Origin: Tubiluchus corallicola
Lineage: Eukaryota; Animalia; Priapulida
Assembly: GCA_030141605.1 (NCBI GenBank)
Contig: JAQGDQ010000442.1
Location: 124,001 to 188,000 of the forward strand
DNA length: 64,000 nt
Direction: 5' to 3'
Below the pieces are notes generated by a model, which saw only the letters and a program-made list of their open reading frames with translations, was not told where the DNA came from and did no database searches. Each line of letters starts with the position of its first letter. The first letter of the stretch is position 1. Below, one piece after another: positions 39,601 through 52,527 of the stretch. Made by a program: the position numbers and the translations under genes.

Positions 39601-42600
39601 TTGTGAATGTTTGTGTCACAAATGTTTTGTTATAAATACAATATGTTATTCTGCTTCATTAATCTTAAAAAAAACTACTTTTGAAATATTTTTCACCATT
39701 TAGTTCAAATCAAATTCCAGACAATTTGCAATATTTCCATGGCTAGTTAAGAACAGTTTGTGTACAAAATTGTTGTTGTTGGCATCTTTCTGTCTCGGAA
39801 GACAATGGAGTGTGCGCCAAGAGAGTCAGTTATTGATCACATTGATGGAGCTGCAGCATCGACTGTGGCTGGGCAATCCAAACCTTGAACTACTGGAGTG
39901 GCACAGGGCGCACGTCTGGGCAAGGTGTATGGAGATGCTGAGTTGCCCAGGCAACAGGAACCCCCTCTCTTCCTCCCTGGTGTAGTCCAAAGGAAAGCGG
40001 AGCGATAGGTTTGGCACTAGGTTGGCTGCAGGAGCTGCCGGAGTCAATGAGCATGCTGCACTGGTCCGCCTTTGGGGCTCCACTCCTGATTTGGAAGCGT
40101 CCTACACATGGCCGTTGGGTCACTTGACCTGCTTCGCCCTCTAGCCGGTGGCTGCTTGTGCAGCTCCTCCGCCTAGTGTCGAGATACAGTGTGGGCATCC
40201 CGCAAGCCTACAGCACCTGGTATTCCTAGGCGGTCACCCATCTAAGTACTAACCAGGCTCTACGTTGCTTAACTTCGGTGATCAGACGAGAACTCGTGTT
40301 TTCAACGTGATATGGCCGTACAAAATTGTAGATTACAAATATAAGCATTTCTTGAAGCACTGCACCTCAAGTCAAACTTTTCCCCAAGAAATGCTTTTCA
40401 ACATTTCTGTTTGAAAAGTTGCAAACAATGTCACAATTTTTTGAAAGAGTTGTACGCAGCTGAAATACCTATGTAAATAGCTATTTTTTATTTTAGTATA
40501 TCATCTTATTTTTTATTTGTGTACATTGTAGGGTTTCATGGCATGATTCCTCACAGTGGAGTTCGGCCGGGTATTGCTTGCATACAGCTGTTTGTTGGTT
40601 TGAACGGAACGACAGAATCGCTGCACCTGCAGGCACAGAACACGTGGTACTTCCCCGACGAATCCTTTGATTTAACAGGCGCCATGCAGAAGTACTATGC
40701 GTTAAGCGTACATGAAGCATCCGAATCTCCTGTGCCCTGTACGTTCATTTCTTTTCCGTCAGCGAAAGATCCTACATGGCAGAGCAGATATCCAGGTGTG
40801 TTTTCCTTTCTTGTCTTATTTAAGAAAGTCCAATGACATTTATCTGGCTTAAAGAAAGTGGGCAGAGCCGTAGGTTGGTGCCTCAATATTCTGTTTTGTA
40901 TTTAGAGATCTGTGAATGATTGGTTTTCTTATTTCTTTAAATGTGAATGCTCAGATTATTATTAAAATCAAACAAACACATTTTTACATTAATATTTTCC
41001 TTTGCATGGATAGTACTACCTGTGGAAATAGGTGCGTCTATTCTCCTTTCTCTTTCATTGTTTTCTACAAGTGTCGTCGTCTCCGAGAGGATCAGAAACA
41101 AATTTCTTAATTTTTTATTATTTGGTTGTATTTATGGTAGACTTTATTACAGCTGAACAATCTGCTTAGTGGTCAAAGTGCATTCATAGAAGCAAACATA
41201 CTTTTACCCACTACGGAAGAAATATTTAAGTTTGGAGTTCAGAAATGATTGCCAATTTTCCACATGTGCAAAAATATACAGAGTCAGTGTCACCAATAGC
41301 ATTCTAGGGTTCTAGGGATCACAATTCTATTGATAACATTTTTTTCCCATTTTTTATTTTTACTTTTGTTTGCAAAAAGCAACATCATAACTGCACTTGT
41401 GGATGGCTAAATAAACTTAAATATGTTTATATGTCTTGATGCTTCTTAGAGAGATACTTGTACAAATCTGGGTGCTTACATGCATTTCAGGCAAAAGTGC
41501 AGCAATAGTCATCACGCTTTGTCCATACGAGTGGTTTGAACCATGGGAAAACGAAAGAGTTAAGAATCGCGGTGAAGAATACGAGGCGTTAAAGGCGGGT
41601 TTTGAACGACAGTTGTTGCGTCGCACGTTCGAACTCTACCCCCATCTAGAGGAACACGTGAGTGACAAGTTTTCTTTTATCCGGGTAGTGAGTTAATATT
41701 TGTATGTAGATGTATAACAGACAGTCGTAACGGATGTAAAACGACAGAAGTGGCAAAGTCTCCAAACATCTTGGAGATCTTTGTTTAAATTTACGTAAGT
41801 GATTTGCAAAGCAGTTTTGAATTAAATATGCCAGTATGATGATGATTGCAAATTAGTAATTTGTTATTTTATGGTCAGTATTCTGTAGTGTTCCTCCGGA
41901 TACACTTTTTTGCCGGATGTCATCGAATATTTCCTCAAACTTACTTTCGGGTTCGGATTATAACCGGATAGGTTAGCTAAGTTTGGATCGAATATGCGGA
42001 TCAGTTCGGATAATGAAAAATTAGTAATGTTTGCAAACTTTAGAGTTTTCATTTAATCTATCACCTTAAAGGACCTAGCCCGAAGATATACCATACACAC
42101 ACACAAATGAAAAAAGATGTGTGTAAAATTTTCATCTTGAAAACACAAACGTAGGCTAAAACAATCTCAAAAGTTTTTTTGGTAATATTTTAAATACTTA
42201 TTTTTCAAATTATTCAAAAACTGTTTGCAGTTGCACATTACGAAAACCGGATAGCGAATATCAAATTTTTATAACTACCGGATAATATCGGATACGAATA
42301 CCTGCAAAATCTTGTGAATTTCACCATTTTCGGATACGAATCGGACATGAGGAGCAACACTAGTGTTCTCGTGCTTACTGGAAAAGTTTTTGTTTGTGAC
42401 TTGTCTAAATGCCATGTTTTTTAGTGTCTTGATAAGTTTCAATGTTATGAGCAATCTGCATAACACGCTTCAGGTTACAGACAAATAGGTTCATATTATT
42501 ATGTTGTTCGATGCAGGTGGAGTATAAAGTTTTGGGCACACCAGTATCACACGCTTATTACGTTGGCTGGAATCGTGGTGAAATGTATGGACTGGACCAC

Positions 42601-43197
42601 CATCTTCAGCGGTTTGGTCCTCATGCCAATACGATACTACATCCTCAAACGATGATTCCCAATTTGTATATCAGTGGTAAGTATCTTTTGTCCAAGTTTT
42701 TGAATGTTGTTATTTTCCTATTTTGTTAAGAGTCATCTTATTATTCATGATAAACAGGTTTTCTTTTCAGCTTCTAGTTCGGGCAGCCACTAGGCATTCA
42801 AGCTAGAGGCTGAGAAAAGTAAGTTCAGGTAATTACCCTTATATAATTCGGCACTGTTATTTATATTTGATGTATTTTTTGGTTTTTTATTTTTCAAACA
42901 GGACAAGACATATTCACCGGAGGACTGTGTGGGGCACTAATGGCAGGAGCTCTGACAGCGTCATCCATTTTGAAACGAAATCAATTCATCGATGTTCTCT
43001 GTTTCCAAGCGAAAAATTTCGTCACTGACTGTTTCTCACGAAACACGAAAAAGGCGTTGGATGATGACGGCGATGACGTGAAAAAGTCGGAGGCAGTTGC
43101 AAATGGTAGACCCAGTTCAGACAATGCTTGCAACAGTCCGTTCAATGGACATGTTCAATCAGAAATGAATGGTTGCACTACTGTTTTAAACGGGTAG
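30665..43197 (+). CDS. RETSAT: Retinol saturase-like, paralogue B, 676 aa
   Basis: 12 phase-consistent exons: 30665-30872, 31646-31828, 32613-32722, 33800-33919, 35314-35414, 36283-36383, 38251-38451, 38944-39063, 40532-40795, 41491-41657, 42517-42676, 42902-43197. Motifs [67 protein letters not shown]. Confidence 0.93.
30884..31544. mobile_element. Non-autonomous TIR element with TGT...ACA ends (Ginger-like), copy 1
   Basis: 4-bp TSD AGGT (30880-30883/31545-31548), ~35-bp imperfect TIRs, subterminal ~29-bp repeats (TCCTACTTGGGCTAGCCCATGTACGACG); homologous to 57310-58671. Confidence 0.65.
34930..35262 (+). mobile_element. 5'-truncated, decayed RTE-clade LINE 3' fragment
   Basis: GC/purine-rich island translating [19 protein letters not shown], like the RL.WFGHV.R motif downstream of the RTE reverse transcriptase. 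Confidence 0.5.
37537..37674. repeat. 35-bp tandem repeat x4
   Basis: TGTGCATGCTACACATGTGCGTTGTGATCACAA(G/T)T units. Confidence 0.9.
37942..38010 (+). mobile_element. Degenerate tRNA-like (Pol III) SINE head
   Basis: A-box-like TAACTTAAATGGTTAG and B-box-like GGGTCGAATTC at tRNA spacing; no intact cloverleaf. Confidence 0.35.
39774..40320 (-). mobile_element. 5S rRNA-headed SINE with RTE-LINE-derived body and (CAA)n tail
   Basis: 5S head 40320-40204, GC-rich body, RTE-like C-terminal remnant [12 protein letters not shown], tail GATGCCAACAACAACAA; TSD GTACAAAATTGT at 39762-39773 and 40318-40329. Confidence 0.82.
40204..40320 (-). rRNA. 5S rRNA-derived sequence (SINE head; probably not a functional 5S gene)
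   Basis: Minus strand TACGGCCATATCACGTTGAAAACACGAGTTCTCGTCTGATCACCGAAGTTAAGCAACGTAGAGCCTGGTTAGTACTTAGATGGGTGACCGCCTAGGAATACCAGGTGCTGTAGGCTT; lacks the first ~3 nt and has no oligo-T terminator. Confidence 0.9.
41886..42362. mobile_element. hAT-type MITE with repeated CCGGATA/TCGGAT motifs
   Basis: TAGTGTTCCTCC / GGAGCAACACTA termini; degenerate 8-bp TSD GTATTCTG/GTGTTCTC. Confidence 0.6.
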
Positions 43198-43223
43198 TCT
43201 TGTAGAACAGAGAATAGTTAGAC

Positions 43224-43630
43224 CAGGGGTGTGCAAATTATCTGACTAGCCGGGCAACATTAAACATTCCCGCAATTCCTGTCTGCCACATGCAGTTTGG
43301 TCAAGGAGCCAAGTACAGTAGGACCTAATAACAATTTTTTTGCATCCGATTTGTGCACATCATTACTACTACACTCAAGAAACTATTTTAGAAGTTATTA
43401 AAATTTATATTAAAAACCATATATTTCATCATGTCCGACAGTGATATTAAGTGACAACGGTCTTGTAAGGGTTAATGCCATCCGATCTAGAGGAAAAAAC
43501 TACCCGCACTATCTTTGCGATATTGGTGCAGATTTCAGCTGGATTGCATGGGCCGCACTTTCATTACGTTGACAAACCTCTTCGCGGGCTGCACAAGATC
43601 TCTCGGCGGGCTGCACTTTGCACACCCCTG
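43224..43630. mobile_element. hAT-type MITE just after the RETSAT-B stop codon
   Basis: TIR CAGGGGTGTGCAAA / TTTGCACACCCCTG; TSD AGTTAGAC/AGCTAGAC. Confidence 0.85.
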
Positions 43631-43968
43631 AGCTAGACCTTAAACTTTTAATTTTTGTCTGAGCACTAGATGAGATTGTCAAAAATGTCAGCTTGATCCA
43701 GATTTTTAGATGTTCAGTCATGTTTGTTATCCTGGATATTAATGATAATGGAATTATTATTGTTGTCTGTTAAAGTATGATGCCACTTGTAAGCCCCAAG
43801 CAATGCAATGCGGCAGGACCCCTACCCTGTGCAATCTTGGAGACAAAAAAGTGAAGGTTTCTGAAATTAACCCTCCAATTGAAAATTTGGTATTTCTAAC
43901 ATTTTCAGTTTTTAAACAGGGAATGTGCTGTAAAGTGTGGATTAATCAGCACAAAGTTTTAAACATTA

Positions 43969-44407
43969 CACTCATATCTGGGTTTGCTGGACAAAAACGG
44001 GGAGAAGTCGGTCACAGTTTGTCGAATGTCTGTATTTTCAGATACTATGCTAATACAGTAGATACCGTGTATTAGACTAGCCGTAATGCAGAATCATGTG
44101 CCTAATTGTCTCAAAAACGTCCAGTATGGGCCGCTTCTATGCAAGTGTATATAAAAATTTTCGCAATTGACTCAAATATCTCCGCTTAATTACTCTAAAC
44201 CACTTGCACACGCTAATTAAACCACATAAACACGCTGACATACAACCTACATACATGTCGTTACATGCTGATTGCATGTAAACAAAGTGACGGTCCGCCA
44301 ACTAGCAGTCACCTCACAAAACAGTGGACTGTGTCTGTAGCATGCGGGATTTTTTAGTCCAGATTTTGCCAGATTCTTCCGATATCCGGCAAACCGAGAT
44401 ATGAGTG
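43969..44407. mobile_element. TA-flanked MITE, copy 1
   Basis: TIR CACTCATATCTGGGTTTGCTGGA / TCCGGCAAACCGAGATATGAGTG; second copy 47666-48018. Confidence 0.8.
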
Positions 44408-45376
44408 TATATAGATGCAAGTCTCGGAAAGAGCAACTATTTTAATTCGCCCATGTGCCCACACTTTAAGACAACAATTGAGTTTGTTCCATTTTCTTAA
44501 TATTGGCAATGAAGACGAAAATTAAAAGTTTGTGAATTTTAATTATAATTTATAGTAACTTTTAAAAGTAGTCGGGGGGGGGGGGGTCTTCTGTAGATTT
44601 ATGTTGCCAAACACCACCATTTCTTCCATAAAAATTCTGTTTTGTGTTTACAAAACAGAAGCCAAATTTTCCATTTCTTGTTTGTTTATGACTTCGAAGC
44701 ATATTTCTCAGCACTTAGCATGACGTATTATGTCGTCCACTGTTCTGCATTATGAAATTGCAATCGTGCCATGACATGGTTTTCCGAATCTCTGTTTACT
44801 CTATATTATTTTTTGTAATGACTTAAAACACCTAGATGATTAGTATAAATTTATTATTGAAGATGAGTTATGTTAGTAAACAATTCAGATTTCACTATGT
44901 GGTTTTGATTTTTCGTAACATTAAATTTGTTGTGTCGTCACTGTCATAAGCAATTTTTTGTTTGTCTATAATAGTGCAATAATAATGTAAATGTGCAACA
45001 GTTGCACTCAATGACTACCCCTGTCGATATGTTGTGTTGTTGATAGAACATAGAAAAGAGGGGTATGATTAATAGGGAATCTCGTTTGCTTGCTTCTGGT
45101 AGAATACCTCATGACGTCAGCTATGAATCGTGCTTACTTGTGTAGATCCGCAGTGTAAATGCTAATGCAAACATGGAACATCAGCTGTTATGTTCTACAT
45201 CAATTTTGAATGTTGTATGTTGTTGTTCCATCCTGAAGGATGATGCTTTTGTTTCTAAGTGAATTCTTGATGTAGATCTTATCAGCTATGATAGCCTATG
45301 TAAAATACTATTTAGCAATACAGCAAACACAGCAAAAGACTTAGTTAGCTACTTGTTGCTAGGAGTGGTGCTAATA

Positions 45377-45946
45377 TAGGGTTACCATACATCCGGGTTT
45401 CCCCGGACACCTCCTCTTTTTGCGCCTCTGTCCGGGCGGGTTTTCAAAAAATCGGCTGTTTGTCCGGGTTTTGCCTCAATCCGAAAGTATGTACGGATGT
45501 TGCCAACTGCAGAGGCGTACGAGACAAAGAAAAGCTCGTTAATTTTCAATACATGATGTTGCTAGCATCTCAAAATGCAACCCTGTGTAAAAGCTTATGT
45601 AGTGTACATATTTACTGAACAAAAGTAAGCGATGCGCACATCTCTGTGGGTCGCACAACTCACACCGCTGTCAATACTCGTCGTATTCGCTAACGACATA
45701 AAATGACGTCAGCTTCCAGGAGCCATTTTGTTTGTTTTTATGTGAATTTCTTTAAATTTGTACAGTTTCACTGTTTTGAGCAAGTGGTAAAAGTTAATTA
45801 ACAAGTAGCAATGCCGAAACGACAGTGTGCATTTACAGATGAAATGAATGCTAAGTACCCGCGTTTTCGTGCAGGTCGATATTACTGGGAAGCCGAATGC
45901 TCGACATGTGGTCCTCTTTTTCAACTCAGACAATATGGTAACCCTA
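45377..45946 (+). mobile_element. hAT (Blackjack-like) deletion derivative with transposase N-terminus
   Basis: TIR TAGGGTTACCATA / TATGGTAACCCTA, perfect TSD TGCTAATA; ORF start MPKRQCAFTDEMNAKYPRF...EAECSTC at 45811. Confidence 0.85.
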
Positions 45947-46873
45947 TGCTAATAGAACTAAGATTTTTGTGTAAGCTCATATTCACTACAAGTTTGCTGC
46001 ACCATGCTGACTGAGCATCTGCAGGTTTAAACGTTTATTATTCCTAAAAGCTGTAATGCCAAAGTCTGTTTATTTTTTGTCGTTAATCTGCTATTGCTCA
46101 ACACGTAGGTAACCTTAATGATGTTAAAAACTTGGGGCTAGTTTAGTCTTAACCTTAATGTATAATTTTTTATAACTGTAGTTGCTGCAGTAGGCTGATA
46201 TTAAACTTATTTTGTTAAACTCACCAGTCATCATGAATTTCACTATCTGATACTGGCAATTTGTATTTATGTTTACTTGTGAGACAATAAATGATTCCAA
46301 AGAACTTGATGTTATCGAATATTTGTTATAGTATTCTAGATACTATTAGTAAATTCATGCAGTAGTTGCATGTTTAATGTACCATTATTATCTTAATCAG
46401 CAATTATTTATAATTGCATTCATTTCCGTGTTCTATTTAGTATAACTATGAGAAGTGCTGACAATTTGAATACGTAATATAGCAATAAATATAAAACATT
46501 CACAACAATTGCATAGAAAAAGGATAACATGAATGAATTGACACTAAATTATTATTATGGGTCACTACAATAGTTAAGAGTGAAGAAATAATGTAAAAAC
46601 GAGACTTCATAAAATATTTGTTTATCAAGTAAATATGTGTGAAAAACTATGACATGTTCTCTTGGTAATAAACTGCTATAAGAAATAATTATATGTACGT
46701 AGTTGTACCCGTTTCTCTCAACAGATGCCGCGACAATCGCCATGTGCGTTCGCCGGTGAGACAGTCATGCCTCAACCATGTATTGATTTCTTGCTGTAAC
46801 CGGTATTTTCTAACTTCTTACGTATTATGTTAGATTGGACGAGGTTTCATTCGTTTCTCTTCGTCCAATAGTT

Positions 46874-49800
46874 ATGAGGCTTCCTTCATCCACAATACGT
46901 CTGTTCAGGAAAGTGGGTGTGACTGCATTGGACAGCAATAATCTCTGTCGCCAACATAAAAAGTCAGTAATCTTTTGTTTCGTTGAACTAATAAGTACGC
47001 CGTTCTGTTTCTGCTGGTTTCATTGCATTTTTCTGATGTAAACACATTAATCTACTTTATTTGTTGATCTTATTTAAAGGTTCCTTCATATGACAATGGC
47101 TGCTATGGGTGAACACATGGAACGTACGAGTGGATCATTCAGAGCAGAAGTGAGTTTGTTTAGGATAGTCATGTGTTATTATTATTATTATTATAGTTAA
47201 CATGTGCAGGCCGCAGGCAGGATGTACTTGATTCAGTTTGAAAAGAAAAACACATTTGTCTAAAATGACAGTTACATTTTTATGACACTTAAGTTTTCAT
47301 TACTCGACTTTCTATAAAATGTGAATCATCAGTATTTTATTTTGTCTGTATCTGAAATATAACTTATCATATTGATTAACTATACTTCACCATGATTCCA
47401 GCCAATATAATGTATGTGTGGCACTGTTGCGTAAACTACATTTTCTGTTTCAGTCAAGCTCTAAAGCAACAGTGATATCGGTAACTAATGCTTCCGAGAA
47501 TGTTAAATCCTTGACGCTAAAAGTGGAGAATCCTAATTTAACATTCAAAGCCGGTCAGTGGTAGGTTGAAATTAACCAATTTTTAATGAAAAAATAATTT
47601 TGTAAACGTAAATATGACAGTTAACAGGTCCCAAAACAACTCAATTAATTATGTTTTAACACTTACACTCATATCTGTTTGCTGGACAAACGTGGAATCG
47701 GTCCGAATTTGCCGATTGTCTATATTTACCGATACTAACCTAATTGTCACAAAAACGTCTAGTACGGGCCACTCCAATGCAAAAGTATGTAAAAACTGTC
47801 GGCAATTGTCTCAAATAACTCCACATGGTTGACTCTATATTTTTATACATAGAGATATACATGTGGTTACACTGATGTAATGATGTAAACAAAGTGACGG
47901 CCGGCCAACTAGCGGTCAACTCGCGAAACAACGGACTGTATCCGTAGTATGCGGGACTTTATGGTTCAATTTTTCCGACAACTGTAGAAGGGTGGTTCGG
48001 CAAACTGAGATACGGGTGTATTTGCTATATTCTTTAATCGCCAACTTGATGAAACTACGACACATTAAGTGGTGCCATCTAATGGCAATACTTGTAATTA
48101 AAGAGTTTTGCATTTTTAGGGTAGATTTTCGTACTCCCGAAGTTAGTGAAGTTGGTGGATTTTCAATTTGTTCCTCACCCCTAAAACTTCAATTGATGAA
48201 CTTAATAGAATTGGCTGTAAAATCCAGTGATGCAGCACCAGCAACATGGGTGCACGAAAAGGTACAATTTCAAGTCAAGTTATTTTGCAATGTTTATATA
48301 AGTGTTCTAATGTGTAGCTGTCATTTGTTCATTCAAGCGTTTGGCTTGAAAGTAAGTTTTATTACTGCTGCTGATATCACACCGTAAAAATTGATTTTCT
48401 GACTTATTTTGCAGTGCCATTTAGGTAGTGAAGTTACTGTACGTGTGGGAGGAGATTTCTTCTATGACCCCCTACCAACGGATACCAAGTCTGATTTACT
48501 GTTAATTGCTGGAGGCATTGGCATCAACCCGCTGTATTCTATGATTCAACATGCAGCTGAGTTGATTCAGTCTGCAGCTGCAGGTGATAGCGTCACACCA
48601 ATAGGATCCATACTTTTACTATACAGTGCTGAGACAAAGGGAGACCTTATACATAAAGTAAGAATTCATAACATATGCTTAGTCCAAAGATACTTACTGT
48701 TATGATTATTTGACAGTTTTCAGTTTTTATGCTTTAGAATTCTGCTGAAACTTACAAAATGCTAGATGGCTAAATGATAAGAGTGATAGAGATGATTTTA
48801 TCATGCTTGTACAATAAATAAATAGTTTTTGTTACAAGTTGAAACAAAAATTGTAAATATACAATGTGCAAGTGACAGTTTTCAAAGTGCTTGTCCAGGT
48901 TCGGCACTTTAATTTAGAGGACAAGAAAAGGGGTACCTAAAGTAGGTTTCAGAAAAATCGCCTTAAAAAATTATATTACTTTATAGCAATTATAGCGTAT
49001 ATCTTACTCGCACTGAAAGGAATTTTAGTTTGTTTTCATTTTAAATCTCCCGCAATACTGTTCCGAAGTCGCCATTACATGACGTCATGTGCCAAACGTA
49101 AATCAAGGGAAGAAAGAGCAATACTAAATTATATCTCAAAAGAATTTCCGTGCAAATCTATATTACTTAGATTTTCGCTTACCTGCTAGAAAGACTTATG
49201 TAACTAGAAAAGAAAATTATTAATTATTTAAAATGTTTTCACCAATTGGTAAAATGTAGCTGACTCACCCTACAGGGTGCACCACTCACTAACCAAAAAA
49301 CGTATTTTTAATCTTATTGACAAGATACAGTAATTTTAAATTTTATTTAGTTAGTGACTTGTGCGCTACGAATGCTCTGATTATTTTTTCAAACTATACA
49401 AAATGTTATCTAAACTTGTTTCAAATGACCTGTCGTGAAAATGGCTGCGTCTAACGGTCATCGCGGGAGTTTAAATTTACATGTTTTATACAGCGTGACT
49501 GCTGATTGAAGTCCTGCATGCAAAAAGGCAGTATGTAAGTGAAATAAAATTTCAAAACGAATTTTTCAACCTTTATGTTTATGAAGGGTTTTCTTGTGCT
49601 TTAAGTCTTAAAGATTGTATTTCGCTTAAAATAAATTTCAGGTGACTAAAAAAATCAGAAGAAATATGACATTTATCCCAGTCCTTGTTCCTTATGTAAT
49701 TTCTGCTAATTCATGCTCTGTCATCATAATGTAATGATTTCAAAGAAATAGAAATACTTGCACTTCTTTTTTATGCCATAAATATATTCCTGATCAACAA

Positions 49801-50622
49801 TTCATGAAATAATCCATGCAATAGTATAGCATTCATGCAGTAGATGGTGAATGGTGGTTAATTGGCTTTATTTATTTCGTAATGTGAATCAGTTTCTCTG
49901 CAAATTGTGTGATCGAATTTAGATCACTGTGAAGTGACCGGTTTTTTCGATTTTCCTCTTTCAGAAAACGCTAATGATGTTAGCAGAAGAATTTTCAAAT
50001 ATCAAAGTCAAGCTATATACAACCAAATCTGAAGATGGCCAAACTTCTGATGTGGAAGGTAATAGATTGAGTCATATCAGAATGCTCAAGTATTAATTGG
50101 AAGTGGTATTTTAAACTAAGGTAGCGCAAAATTGATTGTAAAACAGAATGAAGTCTTTATTAATTCTTCAAATTTTTAATTCATTTGTGTCGAGTCATTC
50201 AAACGTCGTGTCATGGCAACAGGTTGGGTTTCTCTTAGAGCTTCGTTTTAATGTGATGACTACAGTAGACATAAAAGTGCTCTAAAAAGTTACTAAGTTA
50301 GTGCTTTGTGAGTGTTACACTTACAAATTTTTAATAACATCATTTGCAAATTGTCAGAAATTCAATATCGGCATCTAGTAGGAAATCTATCAGGAATCAA
50401 TCAGTTTAGATATTCAAATGAGTTTTGGAATTAATAGACGTTGCCATTTTTCCAGTTGGAAGAATTGATGAGGAAAAGCTGAAGACAGCTTTGAGCAATT
50501 TGGATATGGCTACTACACAGTGTTATATATGTGGACCTCTACCCATGATTGAAAGCATGCAATCATACCTATTAAAACTGGGTTTGAAAGACAGCCAAAT
50601 AAAATTTGAAAAATGGGCATGA
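46874..50622 (+). CDS. OXNAD1: Oxidoreductase NAD-binding domain-containing protein 1 (FNR-like), 303 aa
   Basis: Exons 46874-46962, 47080-47149, 47454-47560, 48120-48261, 48415-48657, 49965-50058, 50456-50622. Motifs [57 protein letters not shown]; Arg/Ser-rich N-terminus resembling a mitochondrial presequence. Confidence 0.92.
47666..48018. mobile_element. TA-flanked MITE, copy 2 (OXNAD1 intron)
   Basis: Homologous to 43969-44407 (shared AAACAAAGTGACGG.CG.CCAACTAGC.GTCA.CTC); TA flanks. Confidence 0.75.
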
Positions 50623-51458
50623 GCAAGTTGAAGCCAATTCCAACCGACGGGCGTGAGCAAATTGAGGTCATTCCCGATCTGTGATGTAAGTGACAAGTAT
50701 GGTGGTGCTGGTGAAAGCCATATACAACATTGGCCAGTGCATTTCAAAAAAAAAGTAAACGTGTCATATTGGAGTACTACGCTTTCTGCCATCTTATAAT
50801 GGACATGTTTGTTCAGTTGGTAGGTCTTTGTATTGGACATCATTTGATGGCAAATGGACAACTTATAAAAAAACTCACGACTAGTGAAACTGTGATGCTG
50901 TGACGTACACGTATGAATAATCCAAAGTGTGTAAGCTGTTCTGCAGTAATTTCACCTGATTTTGCAATCAAAATACGAGTGATCAATGATAAAATAAGTG
51001 TATATTAATAAAAAAGTGGAATGTTGCAGCATTCACAAAATGTAGACTGTATCAAAATCACGAATAATTTCAAAAATTAATCACACTGTGGAGTCATGTT
51101 ATTATTTATCTCAGCTTTTTCCAAGCGCATTTCAAGAAATGTTTGCTTAACACAAATAACGTCAGACAAAAACAAATAACTGTTTAAAAGTATGCAACTT
51201 TAATTTTACTGAAGTCTGCACAAAGAAAAGTGACATTAAATTTTTAATATTTTAAAAACTGTACAAGCTAGAAAGTGTAATACAGTTATTGCAAATAAAT
51301 GTACATTATCAATACACAATAATTTTTATAAATAATTTTGTGATGATGCTGTGCAAGACTTCTTACATAATTTAACAGTAAAATTACAAAAAGTAGGCTT
51401 ATAATTCCGTAGTTAATAAAAAAGTTATTATAGAATAACAGTAGCAGAATTAATGAAC

Positions 51459-51790
51459 TGTTGTGGAGATCCACTAGAATTAAATAGAATATTTTAAAAT
51501 GTTCTATAGTATAGTAGAACAATCTTCTTACCTTGTAGAAGTGTCGAGAACTTTCTGCACTGAATATATAAGGCGGAGCTGGCCGCTGGAGTTTATTCTC
51601 TTGTAACCTCGTATTCTCAGATACGCTTTCTCGCTTTCACATTTCCAGATTATCATATCACATTTACTGTAAACATTTCACATTCTTTCATACTTTTGTG
51701 TTGTAGAATTCTCGTATAACAAACAGTTTAATTTGACGACGTGTTTTCTGGTTTTCTCTACGAGCTTTCCGAGAGAAACAAAACACAACA
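51459..51790 (+). mobile_element. Solo LTR, copy 2
   Basis: TGTTG...CAACA, TSD TGAAC/TGAAG (4/5), TATATAA; 3' half nearly identical to 1196-1573. Confidence 0.8.
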
Positions 51791-52527
51791 TGAAGATAAG
51801 TTAACAGCTGAAATCCGAATCCTAGTCGGATTAGTGCAGTTGCGTGTGGTGTAGATGGGGCGGGTAGCTTTAATGATCTATGGTTGTTTTTTTACCATAG
51901 CGGCTCGGTTTTTTTTCAATTGTCAATGGTAAACTCAATACATAGTCTAGCTAGCATTATCACGGGGAGTAATCACTGTAATAACTACTGCATAACCATT
52001 ACATCGGTCAGTGGAAATCTTAAAAGTTTTGAAGACAATGCCACTGTCTTCTGATGGAGATGCTTTATGATCCATTAAGCTTAATTAAGTTGCTGTTGTG
52101 GTGGTTATACAAGTAAAAAGGTAAAATTGAAAACAAGAGAAAGGTGTAACAAGGACTTATCGTGTATAGGTAAAAAAATAGGTAATTTAAATTTATTATA
52201 ACGTTATATGCAAATATGAATTTTGCTTGAAAAACTTTTTAATCTACGCATTTCTAAATGCATTTAAGCAACATTCTTGATGTCATATATTGAAAAAAAT
52301 CTTAAGAAAGAAAATATTTTCAAGGTAGTTTGTATAACGTGTGAAGGGAAAATGCATTTACTGCAATCTCACATTACTGTTGAAAACTCAGGTTTCCAAT
52401 TAAGCTTCATAAAAAGCTTAAACAGTCTGACCTTTTCCTCCTCATCTTCTGAGCTCAGATCTACGCGCATCAGTTTTTCTTCATGCTTTGTCCAGTTCAA
52501 GCAGCCAAAACGAACGTGATATCATTT

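Noticed and set aside
40204-40320. Functional stand-alone 5S rRNA gene
   Set aside because: Single copy, 5' nucleotides missing, no T-run terminator, embedded in a TSD-flanked retroposon.
52366-52527. In-frame coding-looking stretch after the LAGE3 stop (…RVDLSSEDEEEK)
   Set aside because: Separated by two stop codons with no recognisable homology; treated as 3' UTR.
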